Shown here one piece after another: positions 51,727 through 63,229 of a DNA stretch of 64,000 nucleotides. A model generated the notes under the pieces. It was given only the letters and a program-made list of their open reading frames with translations. It did no database searches and was not told where the DNA came from. Location of the stretch: NCBI GenBank assembly GCA_964016885.1, contig OZ024744.1, positions 102,114,001-102,178,000 on the forward strand. Reading direction: 5' to 3'. The first letter of the stretch is position 1. Every line of letters begins with the position of its first letter. The position numbers and the translations under genes are program-made. The stretch comes from Eledone cirrhosa (lineage: Eukaryota).

Positions 51727-53463
51727 CCACCTCCCCCATCAACAATAAATCAATAACTTACATTGAAATATAAGTAAAATAGTACAGAGACTAATCTATA
51801 TTGAAATTAATCCTATATCTTAGTTTACCAAGATATGATACTTGTGGCTTCCTATGAGAATCACATTTAAAAGATTGTCTGGAACACTTTACAGGTTTTG
51901 CATTAAGCAAATCACCTGGGATTTTCCAGGAAAACTTATATATTTTGTACTAAGAACTTCAGAGATAAGCCATGTGTAATCCTTTCACATTTACATTACT
52001 CTACATATACTGTTGTATTTTCATGGTAAGGTAAACACTTTCTCATATTATATCGAATCTATGAGATTTTGATATTATTTATTGAGAAGAATACCTTAAC
52101 ATCAGTATGAGCAGCCAGTTTGAACAGAAAGTGGTGAGAGAATTCTGGCCAAATATGGCCGGTTTAAATGCTAAAGGGTTAAATGAGGAGACAGTATGAA
52201 TAAATATGGGAGTGGGTAAGGGAAACAGTGGTAGGAGAGGAGGAGGTTGGACAATAGTGGGGTGTCATAGTAGGGGAAGAGGCAGTGGATTGGCAGAGAT
52301 GTTAGAACATCAGATAGAATGCTTTGCAGTATTCATCTCTGCTCTCTGAGTTCAAATCCCACCAAGGTCAACTGTGCCTATCATTCATTTAAGGTTAATT
52401 AAAAACAAGTACCAGTCTAGTACTGAGGTCGATTCTTCTTCTGTATCTCTTTCTCACTTACATTCTCTCACTTCTCTGGAATAAATCTGCTGTATTCAGA
52501 CCTGGAGAGGAGATGGGCTCTGCCAGGTTTAAAGAAAAAAAATGCCCTAGAAACACCATATGGTGAGACGTGTTTATGATGATAATAGGTGTAACATAGC
52601 ATAGTATATAATGTATATAGTATATATTATCAAGTATCATTCTACAACCAATTGGACTGAAGCATTGTATATTATTTTATCAATAATATCATGTCACATT
52701 GGTAGGTAGTATTTTGATGGCATTTCTGGGCAGCTACTCATAATGTGTAACATCTTCCACAGAAATGTGGCATCTTTTGGCTCTAAGGGTTTCAATATCT
52801 CTAATGTTCATTTGATATTTTATTCCTTTTTCCTCCTGCTTTTGGATTGTAAAAGTATATTCTTCAAAATGTAATGTAATGATCATAAGTCCATGAGAAG
52901 CTACACTTCATGTCAATTTTAGTATCATCTTCAAGTTTATGAGAATCCTCATCATCATTGTTCAATGTCTATTTTTTCCATACTTGGGTTAAACAGGTTG
53001 TCACATTGAGACAAGTCACAGGTCTTGTGACCACATTTTGTTCATATAGATCTGTATTGTGGCTGGGTTTCTACGGCTGGATGCCCTTTCTAACACTGAC
53101 TACATTTACAGTGTGAACTGAGTGCTTTTAAATTGTGGCTCTGAAACATATCGATGCATAATGCTTTTTGTTTTTTGGTCAGCAGAATGTTTCTTCCAGA
53201 TTTTTCTCAAGGCATGCTAGTCCAGAAACTCTATAGTTTCCTGGAAGGTCATCAGAAAATAAATACCTCTTGACCTGCAGGGTGTTGTTCTCTTCTCTTT
53301 TCAGTACTTGATTGATATCGTTAAAGCATTGAACAAATGATTGTGGTATTTGTTCCAGTTCTTTACGTTCCTAGTTCAAATCCCACTGAAGTCAACTTTA
53401 CCTTTCATCCATCCGATGTCAATAAAATAAAGTACCATTTATGTACTGGAGTCAATTTAAATT

Positions 53464-53508
<45 letters not shown>

Positions 53509-54309
53509 ACCAACCCAGCCAAAACTGGCTCTGGTTCTATGAAATAAAACCACCCATTTTAAAGGTTTTCAATTTAAATTAAAATCTCCCAACAATTTTA
53601 TATAAGAACCCTACATTAATTTACTATCTTAGTAATGAAATAATTTTAGTAAATCCCTAGAAATTCTTCATTAATTAATTAAAAACAGTGTATTTCATAA
53701 GAAAGGGTTAATGGCAGCAAATTGGTAGTCGCTAGAACATTGGATAGAAAGCTTTATAGTATTTGTTCTGACTCTCTGTGTTCTGAGTTCAAATTCTGCA
53801 GAGGTCAACTTTGCCTTTCATTTCATCCTTTTGAGTCGAAATGAAGTAGTAATCCGGTAGTGCGATTGATTCTTCCCCTGTCTTCCTCTTTCTCTGAACG
53901 ATATCAGCTGTGTTCAGAGCTGAGTGTATACGATTAGAAATGCAGTAATAAAAGGGTTAAATATATGTTGTCTAAGTAATACCAGAGGACGTTTAAAAGT
54001 TGTCTACCAGATCTTAGCCTCTTTTTCTCACTTCTCTTCTGATACAGAGTTTAATATATATCCCAGTTTCTGTGTAAGTTTTCCGTTAATCTTGTGAGTT
54101 TTAATATCTATGGAGTAGATTTCCGCTGTATACCAATCAAGTATCCAAAATGCACTGTGAATCTATTATGGGATAGTGTCTTGTAAGATCATAGCTCCAA
54201 CTGTCATGTATTTCTCTCTCTCTATTTCTCTCTCTCTCTCTTTCTCTCCCTCTCTCTCTTTATCCCTCTCTTTCTCTTTTTCTCCCTCTTTCTCTCCTTT
54301 CTCTCTCTT

Positions 54310-54345
<36 letters not shown>

Positions 54346-56471
54346 CTCATCACTGTTTAACGTCTATTTTTCCATGTTAGATGGGTTGGGTTCGGTGACC
54401 ATGTCTGGCTTGGTTTCTATGGCTGGATTGGATGCCCTTCCTAATGCCAACATTTCATGGCCTAATGGTTACGATGCTTGATGTAACATCGTAATGTCAT
54501 CGGTTCAATTCCTAGGTAGGCTGTGTTGTGTTGTGTTCTTGAACAAAACACTTTTTCACATTGCTCCAGTACACTCAGCTGAGATGAGTGAGTACTAGCA
54601 GTAGGTAGGGAATTAAACCTGCGATAGACTGGCGTCCTATCCAGGGAGAGTCCTGTACTCTGTTGCTTAATGCCAAGGAAACTGGAGATAGGCACTGGTC
54701 TGATGAATCTTTGGCTTAGAAATGACTTAAGGTTCTAAAAATCAGATGCAAATGTTAATGTATTTTTGTATGTTGTGAAATATTGATGATTAGTTGCATA
54801 TGTGAAGCTGTATTCTGTTTGTGTTGACACTTTTAAAGTGTATGTTCGGTGGGTACTTTGCTTTTAGAAAGAAAAGCAATTTAGGTCATATGTATTGCAT
54901 TGGACTGGTTGGTTGAGATATCTGTGAGAAAAAGACTGGTTTAAAAATGGAGTTATTGTAGATGGCTATTAAAAGTACTTTGTGTGTGAGTGAGAGAGAG
55001 ATTAAATACAGTAAGTTATGTACTGGAGTATATTGGAGCTTAGTGCTGGACAGTGTTATATCTTTTATTAAATGTTTCCTTTTTAGTTAGGAATCGGAAT
55101 CAATGCATTTTCCATGGTTAAAATAGCAGATTAGTCCCAACCTATGATCAGAGATGTTATGACCATGACCAACTCATTGTGTGTGTTTAAGACATTGTAG
55201 AGTATGTCATTTCTTAAGAGTATGGTTTTGAGGAATATTTGGCTACTATTTCAAACAGTTTAGTAGATGCTTTTTAATAGTGTGTGTGGATAATAGTTGT
55301 GTATAATGTTTAAGGATTAATTAACTTCAACATCTAATTGATTTGAGATGAACCCGTTGGAGACTCTACGGGATCCAAAGTTCCATATGCTACTAACAGA
55401 GAAACAATTACTTTTTATATATAAAAATAAAACATACCCAGTACACCCTATGAAATGGTTGGTGATAGGAAGGGCATCCAGTTGTAGAAAACTTGCCAAA
55501 CAAAAGGGTGGTATGACTCATCAGTCATGTCAAAGACATTTCAACCTCCCTGGTGCCAGTGTTACAATAAAATGTACCCAGTAAATTAAGATGTCAATAG
55601 CTCCGTTTAAGTACTGATTTGGTCAGTGATAACCTGGTTCAAACTTTGCTAGAGGAGAAAACCTGTTAAATGGCGATGATAATGAATGAGGGAAGCTGAA
55701 ATACATTTAATAAACAATGCTGGAAACAAAAAGGCGGGTTGACAGATGAACTCCTCAGTCACCTGCCATCCACCCCATCTATGGCTTAACTAGCTCAACC
55801 AACCTGCAATTGGCCATGCATTCTGAGTACAGCTACACTCCTGACATGACCAAAACCAAATAGAAAGCGGTGAAGGTCAACCAAAGAGGGGTTTCTCCAA
55901 CAGGGATGAGAAGGCCCTAGATTGGATTTGAAGGCAGAAACTGGTGTTTACATATCCTCCTTCCATCTTTTGTATGTAGGGACTTTATTTTATTTTATAA
56001 ACATGAGGTTACTTAAAGGTTAATAATCTGTATGGTTGGCATATTGATACATCCCAGATATTTTAAGAATTATTACTTTTAAAATATTCAACCCTTTTTT
56101 TTTTTTTGTCCCCAGTATCTTGTCGGAAAAATGTTGTTTGTTAGTATGTATTTTACTTGTAAGTTTGCCAATATTGTTATATCATAATGGATTGTTTTCA
56201 AATTCAGTGCTTACGTGGTTGGTAAATTTTATTGGAATACATTACATTGAGGCAGGTTCTTTTTTCAGCTGAAACTAAAGTTAACACAGAAAGAAACGGA
56301 GTTTGAAAATGAATCTTTGCATAACAAAATACTTAGTGAGAAACTGGTAAGTTATATTGGCCAATCTTAATGTAGTAAACATTTTGTCCATGTTACCTGC
56401 CCTTATTAATTAGCCATTAGATTTTTACCTGAAATCGAAATAGCCCTCCTTCTAATTGGAAGGTATGTATG

Positions 56472-56502
<31 letters not shown>

Positions 56503-57241
56503 ATGTATGTGTATATATATATAATGTAAAACTCTGTAGAATATGTTGTATTAGAGAATATCTATTCCCCTAGATATAGTTCACTCCATGTTAAGCACTT
56601 TGAGGTAGATATTTTTGAAAATATTGTTTCATCTGGTAGGAGTTGAAAAGGGTTTGCAGTTTATCTGTCCATTCAGGGCAGTTTTATATGAACCCTATAT
56701 GACTAATAACCATATACTACTATTTATACACTTCCTGGTAGTGAAACTCTTGTGTTTATTATACATAAACATATTGTATATGCTTTCATATACACCTATA
56801 AGATGAACCACACTGTTAGAGCCACCTCTAATTTACTTCCTTTCACCAGTCAGCTTCACTATATATGCAAATGAGTATCTCCAACTGATATTTCATATGC
56901 TAAAACCATATAGGTTTTTGACTTTGTCTTAGTAGCATATTCTATCTGAGTAAACATCACTGATGACAGATAAATATCCAGAAATAGCTATCTGGTATTC
57001 TCACTGTTTCTGAGATAGCTGTGATATGATCACAGCTTATAAAAATACTCACATATGTTTATTATACATAACCGTATCATATCTATGTTCATATATACTT
57101 CTATGATGAGCTACACTATGTTAGTGCCACTTCTAATTAACTTAAAGATATATGCAGTTTTCAATCAGAAAGTTCTGTAACAGAAAGCTTGTAAAGTCAC
57201 ATGTACTGCTTTTATATCATCTATCAGATGTTGCCTCTGTA

Positions 57242-57277
<36 letters not shown>

Positions 57278-57380
57278 ATGTGTATATATTTATATATATG
57301 TGTATATATAAATATGTGTGTGTGTGTATATATAAATGTGTGTATATATATGTGTATATATAAATATGTGTGTGTATATA

Positions 57381-57417
<37 letters not shown>

Positions 57418-58925
57418 GTGTGTATATATATATATATGTGTATATATATATATATATATATGCGGTGAATTGGCAGTCATTAGAATGTCAAACAGAATGT
57501 TTTGCGGTATTCATTTCTAATTCCACTGAGGTCAACTTTGCCTTTCATTCATTAGAGGCCAATAAAGTACCAGTCTTGTACTTGGGTTGATTCTTCCTCT
57601 ATCGCTTTCTCACTTCCCTTCTCTCGCATTCTCTGGAAGAAATCTACTATATTTAGACCTGGAAAGGGGATAGGCTCTGTCAAGTTAAAAAAAATGAGAT
57701 ACACTGTCAATACAGCGCCCCTACCACTCCATCAGGAATTACAAGGCTATGCATACATATATATATAATTTTTACATACATTTTTCAATGCATGCATATA
57801 TTGGATGTCTCCCCTCCAGCACATTATCTTGGCACAGTTTTCCTTTGTGAGGTTCAGCATCCTAAGATCAGCTTTCAACACTTCTTCCCATGTCTTCCAC
57901 TTCCCATGTCTTCCTCAGTCTTCCTCTTCCACAGCTGCTCTCTAAATGTATCTCCTGGCACATCTTTATCCAACTCTCGTCATCAATATGCATTACAAGT
58001 CTGTACCAATGCAGTCTGTTTTATATCCATTGTTTTCTCCCAACTTTCAACTCGTCTGTCCTTCATCATTCCTGCATGTTAATATTGTACATCCAGCAGA
58101 GCAGACTCAATTCATGTGAGTAAATGTTTTTACCATGTTTTAAGATAATTGTGGTGTCACAGATATCATTGTATCCACTTTTCCATGCTTGCGTGGGTTG
58201 TAAGGGTCTTTTCCAACACAACATTCCTCAACTTGTTGCATTCCTTCATCATCCCTTTTGTCAGGTTAAGCATTGTTTTGTCTTCCTCTACTGCAGCTTC
58301 TTTCTCAGAAACTCACACTTCAACTTTATTTTGTGTTTTGTTGTGTAGTGTTGCGTGTTTCAATTGCTCCATGGTTAGTTGTGTAGTGCTGTATTTCACT
58401 TGCTCCATGGTTAGTTGTGTAGTGTTGTGTGTTTCACTTGCTCCATGGTTAGTTGTGTAGTGTTGAGTATTTCAATTGCTCCATGGTTAGTTGTGTAGTG
58501 TTGAGTGTTTCAATTGCTCCATGGTTAGTTGTGTAGTGCTGTGTTTCACTTGCTCCATGGTTTGTGTAGTGTTGTTTCAATTGCTCCATGGTTTGTGTGT
58601 TACAATTGCTCCATGATGTAAATTCTTAGAGAGCCCTTTAAGAGAATGTTATTTAACTTCATGAAACCAGTTGCAACATTTGCCATACAACTTTCATATT
58701 TACTGTCAAATTTGTAATTCGCATTGAACATTTCTAGCTTGTTGTTAATAAGGAGTCTTTTGATTTTATTGTTGTGGTAGTGTATTGTTAATGTGGGGAT
58801 TTGTGTGATTTGTTTTCTGTTAAATTCTAAGTTTGTCTTACCTGTAGATTGTGTGAATTTGATTCTTTGGGTATATTTTATGTTCTTTGTATATATTTAG
58901 TGGCTCTACTGAAATATTTGTTACG

Positions 58926-58970
<45 letters not shown>

Positions 58971-59685
58971 ACTTGGTCTAGTTATGTTGTCTGTGGTATT
59001 ACACTGTATCTATATGACTTGGTCTAGCTATGTTGTCCATGGTATTGGTTACAATGTCTATATTTATGACTTAGTCTATTAAATCTGTTGAAATATCTAT
59101 TATTGTTTGTTACTTTTAATCTCTCTTATTTTTATGGAAGAGAATCTAAAAACTATTCTAAGTACTTTACTACTGACAACATTTTAGTATTTAACTGAAA
59201 ATTCTCTCTCTATAACACGCACACACACGCATGGGAGTGCTGAAAAGTTCCTAGCTTTAAGGGTATCACAAAAAAATAGAGCTGTTACCTTTACAGGGGA
59301 GGTAGGACGATGACTACTGCAATAAGTGAGAATCTGAGAGGGGAATATATTGATTTGAATCATAATTAACTGATCCTCCTGTATTTTCTTTTACCTAAAC
59401 CAAGGAACCTTTTCAGTGCCCCCTCATATATAGCTAGGTAGATATATACTTATTTGTGATTTTGGTGTATCTGTTCTTTCCAAACTTCATGTTTATATCT
59501 AGAAATAGGGGTTGTATTTCTATCCCGGGGGCTAAACATTAGTGTGAGGTGTTGTTGTCTAAGTCATCTTTTAATTTTATATACATGAATATTATATTCC
59601 CTTCCAACCACCCTCATCTGCATTAAATCTGTATGTGAATGTAAGCATGTGTATATACAGCTATGTATGCATAGGTGTGTGTTTG

Positions 59686-59716
<31 letters not shown>

Positions 59717-62700
59717 CTGTCTCTATCTCTCTCTCCACACACACACACACACACACACACATACATACAACATGAAGGATAGAGTTCATAGTTTCTTTAA
59801 TTACACAAAAACCATGCCCAACTATCAATTAGGAAACACCCTATAACATGCAGGATTACAGTGTACCTATTCTAAAAACCTGAATATTCAAATGTATAAT
59901 GGTTTACGTGCGTGTATGTGTGTGCACGCACACATGCACATTTATGTATCTATATGAATGTGTGTATATACACATTATGTAAGATAGCGAAGTTTCAGTT
60001 TACAATATTTTCATTCATCATCAGATGTGACATGTTTCGCAGATAATTAACTGTAAGTGTTAATTGATTTGACTCTGGTATCGATCTGCTCTTACTTGCT
60101 ATCTCTCCCTTCCTCTTCTACTCTATGAACCTCTATACAAAGTTCTCTTATTCAAAATATTCCCAGTAACCAGAAGCAAACAAAAATTCTAAAAAATTTG
60201 TTGAAACTATATAAAGCAGATGAAATAGTAGGAACTCATTATGTAATGGAGTTGTAAAACAAAAACTATATTCTAAACAACACTCAAAACATTTTAAATA
60301 TCAAAATATTAAAATTTCGTAGATATATTCTCCACTAATGAGAATTTCAAAACCACATAACGTGTTGATTAGCTGCCTTGGTTTATAAACAAGATTTGGA
60401 TTTTTGTCCATTTCTCAGACATAAGATAGGGAGTTGGCTTATATTCAAGTATATATATCATAGTTTGTTGCTATTAAAACATTCACTTTCATCAGTTAGT
60501 TAAATCTGACATACCTACATAGTCTGTTAAACTAGACTTCTCTGCTCCAGTTTTAATTTTAACTCAATTCAACTTGGCCTGATTTCTACACTCTGTTTCA
60601 TTCATTACATAGTATATCATTACATAGTATATAATGAAAAAAATAAACTAAAAAATGTTCAGCATTTTTTGTTTTTCATATTGTTCAATATTTGGTTCTC
60701 AAAGAGCAGCAATGGTCTCCAGTGATTAGTTTCAATGATATTAGTCTAACCAATTATTTTAATAAGTAATACAAATTTAAATAAGTTTAAATATTTGGAA
60801 GCCCAATAATGCGTGCGAGGTTAAAAGTGCCAAGGTAATAGGAGTTATAGAGAATAAAAGGACTTACAAGAGAGTGAGAATGGTAGAATTTTACCTTAGC
60901 AATTTTATTGATCACAATTATTTTTGCATTTACCATCAAAAGATAATCCATGTGTAGGTATTTAAAGAGCAATCTGAGAAGAGATTTTGTTGTTGGCTGG
61001 CAGATTTAATTTAATAAGTAATATTTTATTTGCTTTGTTTCTTAACCAAACTGTGTTTGTGGATTATATATTCAAGGCCCTTTCAAAATCTAATACATGT
61101 CAATCTGAAACTGAATTAATTGCCCCCTCTCATTGAGTTTTCATCAGGCTAACCCAAATACATCGACTTATAATGCTATCATTCTAATATGATTGTGAAG
61201 GCACATGGCTTAGTGGTTAGAGCATTGGGCTTGCAATCGAAAGGTTCAATTCTCGAACTGGGTGATGTGTTGTTTCCTTGAGCAAGACACTTTATTTCAC
61301 GTTGCTCCAGTTTACTCAGCTGTAGAAATTTAATGATAGGGACCCCCAATGAGATATACCTTGGAGGAGGCCAGCTAAGCCTGCATAGAGACATGGGTAA
61401 AGTTAATGTGCAGGAACATATGTAAGATGTGTGGTTCCTGGCCTGTCTGAGAGGTCAGTAGCTCCATTGAATTACTGACTTGGTCTGTAATGATCTGTTC
61501 CAGCAAAACTGATGTTAAATCATATATACATATATATAGCGAAACTTACAGTCAGTAGGCACCTCTAACAAAATACACCCCTGTCCCACTACCCCCACCA
61601 CATCCACACCACCCCCTTAAATGTGAAGCTATGTTGGTACCACAACATCCAGTCCGAAACAAATGAGGTTGTGTAGGTGTCACGACAAAAAAAACACAGT
61701 CCACGCTGTAATGTGGCCGTGTAGGTAACACGGTAAAAACCTCCCAGTCCACACTGTAAACGTGGTTGGTGTTAGGAAGGGCATACGAGTAGGACAACAA
61801 ATCTTGCCTCAAGTGGGAAAACTCCCGTCCAAACCCATGCAAGCGTGGAAGATGGATGTTAAACGATGATGATGATAGTGACAAAAAAAATCTTGCAAAA
61901 CAAATATAAAAGTGAAGCTTTTGCATGTGTGTATGAATGCATGCACACGTATACACTGAGTCACTGAAGTAGAAATATATCCATTAAATTATAATCTTTA
62001 CATTCAATAATGAAAGTATTTAAAGAATGGAAGTTCTGTGTGTGTGTGTGTGAATCATCATTGTGGCAGTTATATTTGTTGTACTGTGTGTATATGTATA
62101 TATATACATATATATAAAGGAAAAAAGATGAAATCGAAAATGCAACTAGTCTTTTTTTTTTTTTTTTTTTTATATATATTTATTTGGTTCCTTTATCGGT
62201 TTCGCAGTTCTTCTGCTTTTCAAAAGTAGAATTGAGATGGAGGGTTTGTGGTTTTTCTCGCATCTGGTTAGTCTTTGAATGTTACTTCTGTTTTATATGG
62301 AAAAAAGTTGCTCGAAATGCTAGGTTTTTAGAGAAGTAATTTGGTTGGTTGGTTGGTGAATAAGTATAATAAATTTCGCACCAGTTTACGTTACAAAGAT
62401 CTTATTATATTTGCCTTCAAACAAAGGGGGGGCTCAGGTTGTTTTTTCATATGAGTGAAGTTTGGTTGGTTGATGCAGTCACGTGAATAAGCACATCAGC
62501 TTTCGCACCAGTTTATGGCTACAAAATGGCTGAATTCTGACCCCAGCGAATCAGCCATATTCACTGAACTAGAACAATTCTCCCCATCCTGTTTTTCTTG
62601 ACCATTATCTTTTGTTTGGCACAAAATTCTCTAAATGGCTACAAAAAAATTCCCAAATATGGGTGCGAAATTTAATGTACTTGTTCATATGAAGGTCATA

Positions 62701-63139
62701 ATTTCATTTATAACCAATCAAATTACATTTATAAAGCCTTCATGAGCCACCTTTTTTTTTTTTTTTAAGTAAAAAGAAACTCAAACACAAACTGGTGCGA
62801 AAGCTGATGTACTTATTCACGTGACTGTATCAACCAACCAAACTTCACTCATATATGAAAAAACAATCTGACACCCCCAACCCCCCACCCTCTCCCCCTC
62901 CAGTTGCATTTTCGATTTCATCTTTTTTCCTTATACTTTCACTCGTGGAGGACACCTCGTTTTTTTTTTTCATTTTGTAAAAAAAAACCTCACTTTCTAA
63001 TATATATAGTTTTATGAATCGGGTACATGGACCCTGACACAAGCACTTGAGAGGTGCATACACTAAAATGCTTAGAATTGTACAAAACATAAACAACTGG
63101 CAACATGGGTTAGACAACTAGTCTAACCTATACTAACAT

Positions 63140-63229
<90 letters not shown>

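Noticed and set aside
57152-57590. YI/CV/HT-rich ORFs here and at 34132, 36329, 44588-45047, 54176, 58849, 59649
   Set aside because: Microsatellite translations.
60014-60055. Hammerhead on the minus strand (CAG...CTG-CGAAAC-AT-GTC)
   Set aside because: Only the 3' half is present; the CTGATGA lies 4 nt downstream with no room for helix I. At most a remnant.
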